Assembly: GCA_036788835.1 (NCBI GenBank)
Contig: DAIQMR010000007.1
Coordinates: forward strand, 14,096-78,095
DNA: 64,000 nucleotides
Direction: 5' to 3'
Origin: Acidaminococcaceae bacterium
GTDB lineage: Bacteria; Bacillota; Negativicutes; Acidaminococcales; Acidaminococcaceae
The notes below the pieces were generated by a model. It saw only the letters and a program-made list of their open reading frames with translations, ran no database searches and was not told the origin of the DNA. The translations under genes were made by a program, and so were the position numbers. Position 1 is the first letter of the stretch; every line of letters starts with the position of its first letter. Shown here piece by piece: positions 11,783 through 21,711 of this stretch.

Positions 11783-13846
11783 ATGGAGAAAGTGCAAGGC
11801 GGTATTGGGAACTACCTGCAAATAATCGGTGCCGTAGCCGGCGTTGTCATTATTATCTGCGGTGTTATTTACGCCAATATTTTCTGGGCGGCCATTGGTT
11901 GTATTATGGAGCTGGTGGCTTATTATTTCAGTCAGAGGCATTCCAAGATTATGGAAGCCTGGCTTAATCACTATATGGATACTGTGGTCCGTAATATTGA
12001 ACGTGCCAATAGTTATGCCGTTCATCGGATTCCCGTGGGCATCGGGGTTTTTGACAAGCAAGGGCAATTACAGTGGAAAAACAAGCTTTTTGCCGAATGC
12101 ACGGGAACCAGCAGTGAAGTGGGCACGGCCATGGAACTCATTCTGCCGCCTCCGGACAATAAATTTGCCACTTTGCATCTGCGGGATACAGATAAGCAGA
12201 TTAAGATCGGGGACAGATCTTATAATATGCTGGTTCGCCGGATTCTTACATCTGAAGAGAGTAACGACGAGACCGGTGTGGTAGTTTATCTGATGGATGT
12301 TACCGATCGGGAAAGGCAAAAGAAACGCTATGAAGAAGAAAGAGTCTGCATTTGTTACGTGCAGTTTGACAATTACAGTGATGTGATGAAAGGCCTCAAC
12401 GAAAGCACCAGAGCTAATTTGTCCGTAGAAGTGACGAAAGCTATCGGCAGCTGGGTGGATGAAATGAAAGGTATTTACATCCGTTATGCGGATGATTTGT
12501 ATAGTCTGGCTATTAGCAGAAAAGCTTTGGCTGAAACTATAGAACGCAAATTTGATGTTTTAGACAAGGTGAGGGACATTAAAGTCGGTAACAAACTGGC
12601 TCCCACTATTAGTATTGGTATTTCCGGGGAAGAAAAAAATCTTTCCGGGTTAGGGCAAAAGGCCCAGTCCTGCCTGGATTTAGCTTTGGGCAGGGGCGGT
12701 GATCAGGCCGTTGTGGCTCAGGGCGGCGAATTGCTCTTCTTCGGAGCCAAAGGAACTGTGCAGGCCAAGAATACCAGGGTACGGGCCAGAATTGTGGCTC
12801 AGGCTATCCATGAGCTCATAAGCGCTGCCAATAAAGTATTCGTTATGGGGCACATGAACGAGGATTATGATTCCATAGGTGCGTCTATTGGTGTGGCGAA
12901 AATGGCTATGGATCTCCAGAAGGAAACTTATATTGTCACCAGCGGTCAAGGATCTTCTCTGGCAAGACTGGAAACCGTGTCTAAGGATCAGGCTAAGCCC
13001 TATTTGGACTTAGTGGTAAATGAAGAAGAAGCGTTAAAACATATTAGCGATGACAGTCTGTTGATTTTGGTGGACCATCACCGGGAAATGATTACGGCGG
13101 CACCTAAGGTGCTGAAAGCCATTCGCAAAAAGGTTATTATTGACCATCACCGCAGGGCAGAAGATGCCATTAAGGATGTAATCCTTCAATACATGGAGCC
13201 GTCCTCTTCCTCATCCAGTGAGTTGGTAACGGAAATGCTCCAATATTACGATGATAAAATGCAATTAAGCTCCGTGGAATCCACAGCTCTCTATGCCGGG
13301 TTGATTGTGGATACTAAGAACTTTGCCGTGCAAACCGGTCAGCGGACCTTTGAGGCGGCAGCCTATCTGAGAGGCAGCGGTGCTGACCCCAGAATGGTAT
13401 TCCAGCTGTTTAGGGATACAGAACAGACTATTGTTAACCGGGCCAAAATCATTGCGGAAATGAAGGTCCCGCTTCCCGGTGTGGCAATTTCCGTGTTCAG
13501 GGATGCCCCGGAAAGTCCGGAAGTTCCCCTGATAGTAGCTCAGGCGGCTGACGAGCTTTTGACCATGGATGATATTAAAGTCAGCGTAGTTATGAGTGAA
13601 AATGCCCAGGGCGTTGGTATCAGCGCACGAAGCGACGGGACGGTAAATGTTCAGGTTATCATGGAAGAATTAGGCGGCGGCGGTCACCAAACTGTGGCCG
13701 GGGTCCAAGCCAAAGGCGTTACCGCCGATGAATTAATCCCCAAAATTATTGCAATGGCAGAAGAACAAATGAAGGAGAATGATAAAGATGAAAGTAATTC
13801 TACTACAAGACGTGAAGAAGCTGGGCAAAAAGGGTCAGGTAATTGA
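11783..13846 (+). CDS. gdpP: Cyclic-di-AMP phosphodiesterase GdpP (TM-PAS-degenerate GGDEF-DHH/DHHA1)
   Basis: 687 aa with N-terminal TM helices, DHH motifs (LVDHHR, IIDHHRR) and the DHHA1 motif GGGGH. Synteny is yybS-gdpP-rplI-dnaB. Confidence 0.9.
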   Translation: MEKVQGGIGNYLQIIGAVAGVVIIICGVIYANIFWAAIGCIMELVAYYFSQRHSKIMEAWLNHYMDTVVRNIERANSYAVHRIPVGIGVFDKQGQLQWKNKLFAECTGTSSEVGTAMELILPPPDNKFATLHLRDTDKQIKIGDRSYNMLVRRILTSEESNDETGVVVYLMDVTDRERQKKRYEEERVCICYVQFDNYSDVMKGLNESTRANLSVEVTKAIGSWVDEMKGIYIRYADDLYSLAISRKALAETIERKFDVLDKVRDIKVGNKLAPTISIGISGEEKNLSGLGQKAQSCLDLALGRGGDQAVVAQGGELLFFGAKGTVQAKNTRVRARIVAQAIHELISAANKVFVMGHMNEDYDSIGASIGVAKMAMDLQKETYIVTSGQGSSLARLETVSKDQAKPYLDLVVNEEEALKHISDDSLLILVDHHREMITAAPKVLKAIRKKVIIDHHRRAEDAIKDVILQYMEPSSSSSSELVTEMLQYYDDKMQLSSVESTALYAGLIVDTKNFAVQTGQRTFEAAAYLRGSGADPRMVFQLFRDTEQTIVNRAKIIAEMKVPLPGVAISVFRDAPESPEVPLIVAQAADELLTMDDIKVSVVMSENAQGVGISARSDGTVNVQVIMEELGGGGHQTVAGVQAKGVTADELIPKIIAMAEEQMKENDKDESNSTTRREEAGQKGSGN

Positions 13847-14243
13847 GACCGCAGAAGGTTATGGCCGGAATTATTTGCTGCCTAAGGGTTTGGCAGAAGA
13901 AGCCAGCACTCAAAATTTGAACAAAGCGAAACAGACTGCAGAAGTGGCGGAGCACAGAGCTGCCCAAAAAAAGGACGAAGCTGTTCTTTTAGCCTCCCAG
14001 TTAGAGAAGGTTGTTGTCAAAATGAAGGCTAAGGTAGGAGCCAATGGGAAGATGTTTGGTTCCATTACTTCTAAAGATGTGGCAGAAACCTTAGTGCAGC
14101 AGACGGGTCTGGTAGGGGTGGACAGAAGAAAGATTGAACTGCTGGAGCCGGTTAAAGGCCCGGGTAGGTTTAATGCCATCGCTAAATTATTACCGGAAAT
14201 TGCGGCAAAATTTGTCGTAGAAGTAGAGGAAGACAATGATTGA
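13788..14243 (+). CDS. rplI: 50S ribosomal protein L9
   Basis: MKVILLQDVKKLGKKGQV...GYGRNYLLPKGLA. ATG 13788 lies 10 nt after GGAG. It overlaps the gdpP 3' end by 59 nt. Confidence 0.93.
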   Translation: MKVILLQDVKKLGKKGQVIETAEGYGRNYLLPKGLAEEASTQNLNKAKQTAEVAEHRAAQKKDEAVLLASQLEKVVVKMKAKVGANGKMFGSITSKDVAETLVQQTGLVGVDRRKIELLEPVKGPGRFNAIAKLLPEIAAKFVVEVEEDND

Positions 14244-15567
14244 TAGAATACCGCCGCAAAACATTGAGGCAGAGCAAAGTGTCCTGGGGGCTATGCTCTT
14301 GGACGGTAATGCCATAGATCGAGTAGGGGAAATCCTCCGGCCGGAGGATTTTTACCGCCAGGACAATCGGATTATTTATGAGGCCATTCTGTCCCTGAGG
14401 GAGAAAAGTCAGGCTGTGGATTTGGTCACGGTAACGGAAGAATTGCGCCGGTTAGGCAAATTGGAAGAGGTAGGGGGCACTGCTACAATTACCGCCCTCT
14501 CTAATGCCGTGCCTACTGCTGCCAATGTTATGTACCATGCCAAGATTGTGGAAGAAAAGGCTCTCCGCCGTCAATTAATCAGCGCAGCTACAGATGTGGC
14601 CAGCACCGGTTACGAAGAAGAGGCGGATATTGACGAGACCATTGACTCGGCGGAACAAAAGATTATGGCGGTAGCCAATCGGAAAAACACCGGGGAAATA
14701 TCTAAAATAAAAGATGTGGTAAAAGCCGCTATGGGCCGTATTGAAAAGCTATATGATTCTAAAGAAGCTTTTACGGGACTGCCTACCGGTTTTGCAGATT
14801 TTGACAGAATGACCAGCGGGCTCCAGCCTTCCGATTTGATTATTGTGGCGGCCCGGCCCAGTATGGGGAAGTCCAGTCTGGTACTGAATATTGCCCAGCA
14901 TGTGGCTTTAAAGGGCAAGAAGTCGGTAGCATTTTTCTCTTTGGAAATGAGCAAAGAACAACTTGTTCAGAGGCTGCTCTGCTCCGAAGCAGGTATTGAT
15001 GCCTCCCGTTTGCGCATTGGTCAGTTGCAGGATGAGGAATGGCCCAAGCTTGTTCAGGCAGCAGATAGGCTCAGCAATGGGAAAATTATGCTGGACGATA
15101 CTCCCGGTATTACGGCCCTGGAAATGCGCAGTAAGGCCAGACGCTGGAAGAACGAGAATGGGCTGGATCTTATTATTGTGGATTATTTACAGTTGATGCA
15201 GGGAAACAGCAAGCGCAGTTCAGACAACAGGCAGCAGGAAATGAGTGATATTTCCCGGTCCTTAAAAGGTCTGGCCAGAGAGTTGGATGTTCCTGTGATT
15301 GCCTTGTCCCAGTTAAGCCGTAGTGTGGAAAGCCGTACCAGCAAGCGTCCTATGCTCAGTGATTTGCGTGAGTCAGGGGCCTTGGAGCAGGATGCGGATA
15401 TTGTGGCGTTTATTTATCGTGAGGATTACTATGATCCGGAAACGGAAAATAAAAATATTGCAGAGTTTATTATTGCCAAGCATCGTAATGGGCCGGTAGG
15501 AACGGTAAATCTGTTCTTCCAGAAAGAGCTCACAAGGTTTTATGATTTAAGTAAAAATCAAGAGTAA
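14236..15567 (+). CDS. dnaB: Replicative DNA helicase (DnaB family)
   Basis: 443 aa with PPQNIEAEQSVLGAML, Walker A ARPSMGKS and the motif QLSR. Confidence 0.95.
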   Translation: MIDRIPPQNIEAEQSVLGAMLLDGNAIDRVGEILRPEDFYRQDNRIIYEAILSLREKSQAVDLVTVTEELRRLGKLEEVGGTATITALSNAVPTAANVMYHAKIVEEKALRRQLISAATDVASTGYEEEADIDETIDSAEQKIMAVANRKNTGEISKIKDVVKAAMGRIEKLYDSKEAFTGLPTGFADFDRMTSGLQPSDLIIVAARPSMGKSSLVLNIAQHVALKGKKSVAFFSLEMSKEQLVQRLLCSEAGIDASRLRIGQLQDEEWPKLVQAADRLSNGKIMLDDTPGITALEMRSKARRWKNENGLDLIIVDYLQLMQGNSKRSSDNRQQEMSDISRSLKGLARELDVPVIALSQLSRSVESRTSKRPMLSDLRESGALEQDADIVAFIYREDYYDPETENKNIAEFIIAKHRNGPVGTVNLFFQKELTRFYDLSKNQE

Positions 15568-15570
15568 AAG

Positions 15571-15762
15571 AACGACGATTGACACTAAAAGGTCGGTCAC
15601 TCTCCCTACGGCTTGCGCCAATCATCTTCGTGGCTCTTTTTCGTCGCCACTACGAAGAAAGCGATTTGGCACGATTCTTCACTGCGCCTATGGCTTGTGA
15701 GCGAATCGGCAATCTGCTTTTGGTCGAGTATGACCTCCCGTTTTTAGTGCTCCATCGTCGTT
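15571..15762. other. ~190-nt structured non-coding element closed by long-range inverted repeats
   Basis: The left end aacgacgat-tga-cactaaaa-ggtc pairs with the right end gacc...ttttagtg-ctcc-atcgtcgtt. An internal long hairpin is centred near 15645 (gccaatc..cttcgtggc / gccactacgaag..gatttggc). There is also an internal imperfect direct repeat, tcactctccctacggcttgcgccaatc / tcactgcgcctatggcttgtgagcgaatc. Confidence 0.45.
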
Positions 15763-15781
15763 TAAAGTCAGAGATACACGC

Positions 15782-15825
15782 AAAAAAAGAGCTGCGGATA
15801 ATATTGAAAAATTATCCGCAGCTCT
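15782..15825. terminator. Bidirectional terminator between convergent dnaB and nagA
   Basis: A perfect 15-bp stem, agagctgcggataat / attatccgcagctct, with an A-run on the + side. That run reads as a T-run for the minus-strand nagA. Confidence 0.8.
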
Positions 15826-15827
15826 TA

Positions 15828-16973
15828 CTATGTTTTATATACGGACCTGCCTTTGACGAAGGTTTGGCAGATATTGCAGTTTTCGTCGAAGATGGTGATG
15901 TTGGCCAGTTTGTTAGCCTCCAGGGAGCCGATTTGGTCATCTAGGCCGAATTCTGTGGCCGGATTTAGGGTGGCCATGTTGACGACAGTGGGCCAATCGG
16001 CTTTGGTATTGGTCTTAAAGTTGGCTACCACTTTATTCATGGGAGCTACGGAACCGGCCATGGAGCCGTCTGCCAAGGTGGCTTTGCCGTTTTTTACGTA
16101 AACTTTTTGATTTCCCAATTCGCTTTCACAGTCACCTAATAAACAGGCTCGCATAGAATCGGTAATGAGAATAATGTTCTCCGGTGCTTTAGCCTTGAAA
16201 ACTAGCCGTTGTACTGCAGGATGCACGTGGACGTTATCGGCAATAAGCTCGCATTTCACGTGGGTATCCAGGCCTACTCCTACCAGGCCGGGAGCCCTAT
16301 GATGAAGAGGACTCATGGCGTTGAACAGGTGGGTAATATGGGAGGCCCCGGAACGGAGGGCATCCAGAGCCTGTTCGTAAGTAGCGGCACTGTGTCCCAG
16401 GGAAACAATAATGTCATTATCTACACAGGTTTCAATAAAATCGGGGCCAGTCAAGGTTTCCGGTGCCAGAGTCAAAATTTTTATAATATCTTTAAAAGGT
16501 TCCAAAAGACTAAAATCTGCCTTTTGGATATATTTTTCTGCCTGAGCCCCTTTATATCGGGGATTAATAAAAGGGCCTTCCAGATTGGCGCCCCGGACCA
16601 GGGCCCCTTCTTCTTGGTCACGGGCCTTTCTGATATTACTTAAAGCCGTGGCGATTCTGGCAAAATCATAGGTCATAGTAGTAGGCAAAAAATCTGTTAC
16701 CCCGGTAGCAGGCAAAGCTTTAGCCATAGCACCAACGGCAGCAGTAGTTTCGTCCATGGCATCGGCGCCTTTAATACCGTGGAGGTGAATGTTGAAAAAA
16801 CCGGGAGCCACGTAATGACCCTGGGCATCATAAATCCGGTCATAGTTTTCTGCCTGAAAGTTATCTCCGGTTTCTAGGGCTTGAATGGTGTCATTAAAGA
16901 TAAGAATATGTTTTTCCTCTACGCTATGTGGTAAAATAAGTTTACCATTAATAATTGCTTGCATAATTATCAC
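15828..16973 (-). CDS. nagA: N-acetylglucosamine-6-phosphate deacetylase
   Basis: 381 aa of the amidohydrolase fold, with the HLHG metal motif, GHSAATYEQA and ITDSM. Confidence 0.9.
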   Translation of the reverse strand: MIIMQAIINGKLILPHSVEEKHILIFNDTIQALETGDNFQAENYDRIYDAQGHYVAPGFFNIHLHGIKGADAMDETTAAVGAMAKALPATGVTDFLPTTMTYDFARIATALSNIRKARDQEEGALVRGANLEGPFINPRYKGAQAEKYIQKADFSLLEPFKDIIKILTLAPETLTGPDFIETCVDNDIIVSLGHSAATYEQALDALRSGASHITHLFNAMSPLHHRAPGLVGVGLDTHVKCELIADNVHVHPAVQRLVFKAKAPENIILITDSMRACLLGDCESELGNQKVYVKNGKATLADGSMAGSVAPMNKVVANFKTNTKADWPTVVNMATLNPATEFGLDDQIGSLEANKLANITIFDENCNICQTFVKGRSVYKT

Positions 16974-17019
16974 CGCTTTTCTTAATTAATTATAACACAT
17001 TGGCATAGGGGGACAACAA

Positions 17020-17856
17020 GTGATAGATTTAGATAAAATCGCAACGGAACAACGGAATAAAAAAAGCGTTCACATTGACCGGGTTTCTACTTTGGAAATG
17101 GTGAGAATTATTAATAACGAAGACAAAAAAGTGGCAGAAGCTATCACTCCTTTACTGCCTAAAATCGCCCAGGCTGTGGATATTATAGCAGACCGGCTCC
17201 GTCAGGGAGGACGATTGTTCTACGTGGGCAGCGGCACTTCCGGACGGCTGGGGATATTGGACGCAGCCGAGTGTCCTCCCACTTTTAGCACGGAACCGGA
17301 AATGGTTCAGGGGATTATTGCCGGCGGTACACCGGCTATTTTTCGTGCCCGGGAAGGGGCGGAAGATTCCGAGTCAGGCGGCGCTGCAGATTTGGAGGCC
17401 CATAAGATTACCAAGAAAGATGTTGTGGTGGGACTGACTGCTTCCGGGCGGACACCCTACGTGGCCGGGGCTTTGGCCTACGCCAGAAAGCAAGGGGCAC
17501 CAACCATCAGCATTACTTGTACAGATCATCCTGAGGTGGGGAAGTGGGCAGATATTAGCCTGGAGGCCTTGGTTGGACCGGAGGTGGTTACCGGCTCCAC
17601 CCGCATGAAGGCAGGAACTGCCCAGAAAATGATTTTAAATATGCTTTCTACCGGAACCATGATTCGTCTGGGGAAAGTTTACGGAAATTTAATGGTAGAC
17701 GTGAAAGCTTCCAATAAAAAATTAGCAGCAAGAGCCCGGAGAATCGTGCGGACTGCCACAGGATGCACGGACCGGGAAGCAGACCTGGCTTTGACTAAAG
17801 TCCAGGGACGGGCTAGGGAAGCTATTGATTGGTTAAGAGGGAATTATGACAAATAA
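17020..17856 (+). CDS. murQ: N-acetylmuramic acid 6-phosphate etherase
   Basis: 278 aa with a SIS domain, GSGTSGRLGILDAAECPPTF. The start codon is GTG. Confidence 0.9.
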   Translation: MIDLDKIATEQRNKKSVHIDRVSTLEMVRIINNEDKKVAEAITPLLPKIAQAVDIIADRLRQGGRLFYVGSGTSGRLGILDAAECPPTFSTEPEMVQGIIAGGTPAIFRAREGAEDSESGGAADLEAHKITKKDVVVGLTASGRTPYVAGALAYARKQGAPTISITCTDHPEVGKWADISLEALVGPEVVTGSTRMKAGTAQKMILNMLSTGTMIRLGKVYGNLMVDVKASNKKLAARARRIVRTATGCTDREADLALTKVQGRAREAIDWLRGNYDK

Positions 17857-19246
17857 AGAAATTGCTCAGGAAATTTTAAAAATAGTGGGGCCCGCCGGGA
17901 ATGTTACCCAGGCCACAAATTGCATGACCAGGCTGCGTATTCAGGTGGGAGCAGAAAAATTTACCAAAGAGGAACTACAAAAAGTCCCGGGAGTTCTGGG
18001 CGTCAATAAGCAGGGTGAAGAGTGGCAGATTGTGCTGGGGCCGGGGAAAGCAGGATTGGTAACTACTGAGTTCCAAAGCCTTTTGACCCGGCAAGGTTCT
18101 GAGCAGCAAGAGGAAGACGATACGGTGCTGCAGGATGCACCAGAAACAAACGAAGCAATAACGAAGGCACAAGTGGGAGATGGGAAAGTTCTTCATGCGG
18201 CAATACGTGAGAAAAATGCCACACCCTTTAAACTTTTCCTGAAAAAGATTGCCAATATTTTTATGCCGTTAATTCCGGCTTTTATTGGCTGTGGGCTTAT
18301 TATGGGATTGTTGAATATAGCCGTTAAATGGCAGCCGGCCTGGGGTGAGGAGTCGGTGGTCCAGATTTTGGCCATGGCCGGCAGTGCGGTTTTCTGGGGC
18401 ATGAATCTATTCGTAGGTGTTAATGCGGCCAAGGAATTTGGCGGTTCGCCCATTCTGGGCGGCGTACTGGGCGCTACTCTGGCCCATCCTTTGTTAAATA
18501 AGATTACCCTGTGGGGAGAACCTTTGGTCCCTGGTCGAGGCGGCATTATAGCAGTACTTTTGGTAGTAGCTTTTGCGGCTTGGCTGGAAAAGAAGCTTCA
18601 TAAGATAATTCCGGAAATGCTGGATTTATTTCTCACACCTCTTTTGGTGATTACCATAGCGGCTTTAGCAGGTGTTTTTGTTCTGCAGCCCATAGGAGGA
18701 TATATTTCTGAGGGCATTGGCGCAGGGGCTACCATAGCCATTGGTAAAGGGGGAGCTGTTACAGGATTTATCCTGGGGGGCACGTTTTTGCCTTTGGTTA
18801 TGTTAGGTGTCCATCAGGGTTTGACCCCTATTCATGCGGAGCTCTTAAGCCGCTACGGAGTTACGATTTTACTGCCTATTTTGGCCATGGCGGGAGCCGG
18901 TCAGGTGGGAGCAGCTATAGCAGTATATTTTAAGACAAAAAATCCCCGGGTGAAGAAAACCGTGGCTTCTGCCCTGCCGGTAGGCATTATGGGAGTGGGA
19001 GAGCCTTTGATTTACGGAGTGACCTTACCTTTGGGGAAGCCCTTTATCGGAGCCTGCATAGGCGGTGCCATAGGCGGCGCCATTCAGGCAGCAGGAATAG
19101 TGGGGGCTTCGGCCCTGGGCTTGTCCGGTTTGCCCCTGGCGGCTAGTACCGATAACATACCTGTGTATTTAACGGGTTTGGCGGCAGGCTATGCCGGTGG
19201 TTTTATTGCTACTTGGCTTTTAGGTTTTGAGGATCCGGAAAATTAA
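17846..19246 (+). CDS. murP: PTS EIIBC component, MurNAc-type
   Basis: 466 aa with the EIIB cysteine motif NCMTRLR followed by a polytopic EIIC domain. It is adjacent to murQ. Confidence 0.8.
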   Translation: MTNKEIAQEILKIVGPAGNVTQATNCMTRLRIQVGAEKFTKEELQKVPGVLGVNKQGEEWQIVLGPGKAGLVTTEFQSLLTRQGSEQQEEDDTVLQDAPETNEAITKAQVGDGKVLHAAIREKNATPFKLFLKKIANIFMPLIPAFIGCGLIMGLLNIAVKWQPAWGEESVVQILAMAGSAVFWGMNLFVGVNAAKEFGGSPILGGVLGATLAHPLLNKITLWGEPLVPGRGGIIAVLLVVAFAAWLEKKLHKIIPEMLDLFLTPLLVITIAALAGVFVLQPIGGYISEGIGAGATIAIGKGGAVTGFILGGTFLPLVMLGVHQGLTPIHAELLSRYGVTILLPILAMAGAGQVGAAIAVYFKTKNPRVKKTVASALPVGIMGVGEPLIYGVTLPLGKPFIGACIGGAIGGAIQAAGIVGASALGLSGLPLAASTDNIPVYLTGLAAGYAGGFIATWLLGFEDPEN

Positions 19247-19255
19247 GGAGGAAAG

Positions 19256-20299
19256 ATGATGGCAAAAGGCATTGCCCTTTATCCGGGACTGGATAATTCG
19301 GCGGAAGAAAACATTAAATTAATCGAAAATGCAGCAGCATTAGGCTACAGAAAACTTTTCGTTTCCCTCCATATTCCGGAAACCAATAAGGAACAGCTGG
19401 AAAAAGAAATGGCCGGGTTATTGCGGCAGGCGGTAAAGTACCGGATGGAAGTGGTTGCGGATATCGGTCCTGATACACAGGATATGCAGGGCATTACTTC
19501 CTTGCGGCTAGACGATGGTTTCAGTCCGGAACAGGTGGGAAAATTACTGTCGTCCAATGGTAAGCGTAAAATAGTACTCAATGCTTCCACTGTTACAGAA
19601 GAATTTTTGCAGGAATTGCAAAAATCCGGTGTTGATTTCCGGCGTATTACCGCTCTTCACAATTTTTATCCTCGGGAGAATACAGGCTTGTCTACAGGGT
19701 TTTTTGAGGGACAAAATTTTCTCTTGAGCAAGTATGGTATAAAAGCAGGGGCCTTTATTGCCAGTCAGGCAGGCCCCCGGGGTCCTCTTTATGCAGGTTT
19801 GCCTACTCTGGAAAGAACCAGGGAAATGGTATCGGGCCTGGCAGCAAGATATTTGGCTGTTTTGGGGGCGGAAGATATTTATTTTGGGGACGGGCGGCCC
19901 TCGGATCAAGAATTAAGGGAGGTAGCTGCAGTACAAGATGGCAGGGTGGTTTTAACCTTGCTAGGCGTTACCCGGCAGACTCGGCTACGGGAATTTTTGC
20001 AGAATACCTTTATGGTAAGACCGGAAGGGGCGGCAGATTTAATCCGAACAAGGGAAAGCCGCGTATTGCTTAAAGGACAGACCATCGAGCCCAGTGTCAT
20101 GCAAATGCGGCCGGCGGGCACTGTGACCATCGACAATAAATATTTCGGCCGGTATCAGGGGGAACTGTCCATTGTCCGACGCTTACTGCCACCGGAATTC
20201 CGTACAACAGTAGTGGGCCATATTCCCAGGGAGGAACTCTTCCTGCTTCAATTCTTAAAACCGGGGAGCAAGTTTAAATTCCGAACGTTTGCGTTTTGA
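19256..20299 (+). CDS. mupG: DUF871 / MupG-like 6-phospho-N-acetylmuramidase
   Basis: 347 aa with the N-terminal TIM-barrel signature GYRKLFVSLHIPE. Its context with murQ and murP matches the staphylococcal mupG operon. Confidence 0.7.
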   Translation: MMAKGIALYPGLDNSAEENIKLIENAAALGYRKLFVSLHIPETNKEQLEKEMAGLLRQAVKYRMEVVADIGPDTQDMQGITSLRLDDGFSPEQVGKLLSSNGKRKIVLNASTVTEEFLQELQKSGVDFRRITALHNFYPRENTGLSTGFFEGQNFLLSKYGIKAGAFIASQAGPRGPLYAGLPTLERTREMVSGLAARYLAVLGAEDIYFGDGRPSDQELREVAAVQDGRVVLTLLGVTRQTRLREFLQNTFMVRPEGAADLIRTRESRVLLKGQTIEPSVMQMRPAGTVTIDNKYFGRYQGELSIVRRLLPPEFRTTVVGHIPREELFLLQFLKPGSKFKFRTFAF

Positions 20300-20406
20300 T
20301 GGTAAAAAATATTCGTAAGTATTGCGTACAATACAAGAAAATGTTAAAATATTGACTGGTTGTTGCCGGGCAATTAATCCGGCACACGAGAACAGGAGGC
20401 AATACT

Positions 20407-21699
20407 GTGATTCCACGTTATACAAGCAAAGAAATGGGCGCTATTTGGACCGAAGAAAACGAGGACCGCACAATGATGCAGGTGGAAATTCTGGCCTGCG
20501 AAGCCATGAACAAGCTGGGCATCATTCCCGATGAAGATTTAAAAAATATTCAAACTAAGTCTGACTTTGATTTGGACAGAGTCCATGAAATCGAAAAAGT
20601 TACTAACCACGATATTATTTCTCTTTTGACCGCTATCGGCGAGCACGTAGGGGAATCTTCCAAGTATATTCATAAAGGACTCACCAGCAGCGATGTTAAA
20701 GATACTGCTGTGGGAGTTATGATGAAGCAATCTGCGGAGCTGCTGCTGAAACTGGAAAAAGAACTTCGCGAAGTGCTGCGCAAACAAGCTGTTAAATACA
20801 GAAATACCATCTGTGTGGGACGTACCCATGGCATTCATGCGGAGCCTACGATTTTTGGCCTGAAATTCCTCTTGTGGATGGATGAAACAGACAGAAATAT
20901 TGAAAGACTGGAACTGGCCAAAAAATATATTTCCATTGGCAAACTCAGTGGTGCAGTAGGGACTTATTCTAATATTAATCCTTTTGTAGAAGATTATGTC
21001 TGCAAGAAATTAGGTATAGATGCAGCTAAACTTTCTACCCAGGTAATTCAAAGAGACAGACATGCTTTCTATTTGAGCACTATCGCCGTGTGCGGTGCTT
21101 CCCTGGAAAAGATGGCCTTGGAAATCCGCCACCTGCAAAGGACTGAAGTGCGGGAAGCAGAAGAGTATTTTGCTCCCGGCCAAAAGGGTTCTTCTGCCAT
21201 GCCTCATAAACGGAATCCCATTACCTGCGAAAAAATCTGCGGCTTGGCCAGAGTGCTGAGAGGCAATGCAGAAGCAGCTTTGGAGAATGTTGCTCTCTGG
21301 CATGAAAGAGATATTTCCCACTCTTCCGTAGAGCGGATTATCCTTCCGGATTCCACTATTTTGTTGGATCATATGCTGAGAAAGACTACAAACCTTTTGG
21401 ATAAGCTGCTGGTTTATCCTGATGCCATGATTAAGGATTTGAATATAACAGGCGGCCTGATTTACAGTCCTAATGTACTTACTGCCTTGGTGACCAAGGG
21501 AGCAGCCAGGAACGATGCTTATGTCTGGGTTCAGAGAAACGCTATGGCTCGTTGGCTTAAGGGTGAGGACTTCAAAACTAACTTGGAAAATGATGCCGAT
21601 ATTAAGAAATATCTTAGCGATGAAGATATTGAAGCCTGCCTGGAACCAAAACACATGTTGAAGAATGTTGATATGATTTATGCCAGATTTGGTCTATAA
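20407..21699 (+). CDS. purB: Adenylosuccinate lyase
   Basis: 430 aa with the fumarate-lyase signature GSSAMPHKRNP. The N-terminus is IPRYTSKEM with a GTG start. Confidence 0.95.
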   Translation: MIPRYTSKEMGAIWTEENEDRTMMQVEILACEAMNKLGIIPDEDLKNIQTKSDFDLDRVHEIEKVTNHDIISLLTAIGEHVGESSKYIHKGLTSSDVKDTAVGVMMKQSAELLLKLEKELREVLRKQAVKYRNTICVGRTHGIHAEPTIFGLKFLLWMDETDRNIERLELAKKYISIGKLSGAVGTYSNINPFVEDYVCKKLGIDAAKLSTQVIQRDRHAFYLSTIAVCGASLEKMALEIRHLQRTEVREAEEYFAPGQKGSSAMPHKRNPITCEKICGLARVLRGNAEAALENVALWHERDISHSSVERIILPDSTILLDHMLRKTTNLLDKLLVYPDAMIKDLNITGGLIYSPNVLTALVTKGAARNDAYVWVQRNAMARWLKGEDFKTNLENDADIKKYLSDEDIEACLEPKHMLKNVDMIYARFGL

Positions 21700-21711
21700 G
21701 GAGATGCTCAT

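Noticed and set aside
13788-13846. A 59-nt overlap between the gdpP 3' end and rplI.
   Set aside because: It is probably a benign extended GdpP tail. The L9 start at 13788 is well supported by its RBS and N-terminal sequence. I see no evidence of a frameshift or programmed event.
15571-15762. The idea that the dnaB-nagA element is a 6S RNA, given its ~190 nt length and closed ends.
   Set aside because: The interior contains direct rather than inverted repeats, so it does not fold into the continuous rod with a central bubble that 6S RNA requires.
15579-15944. A 121-aa + strand ORF after dnaB.
   Set aside because: It begins inside the structured non-coding element, reads through the bidirectional terminator and continues antisense into nagA. 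It has no RBS and no motif.
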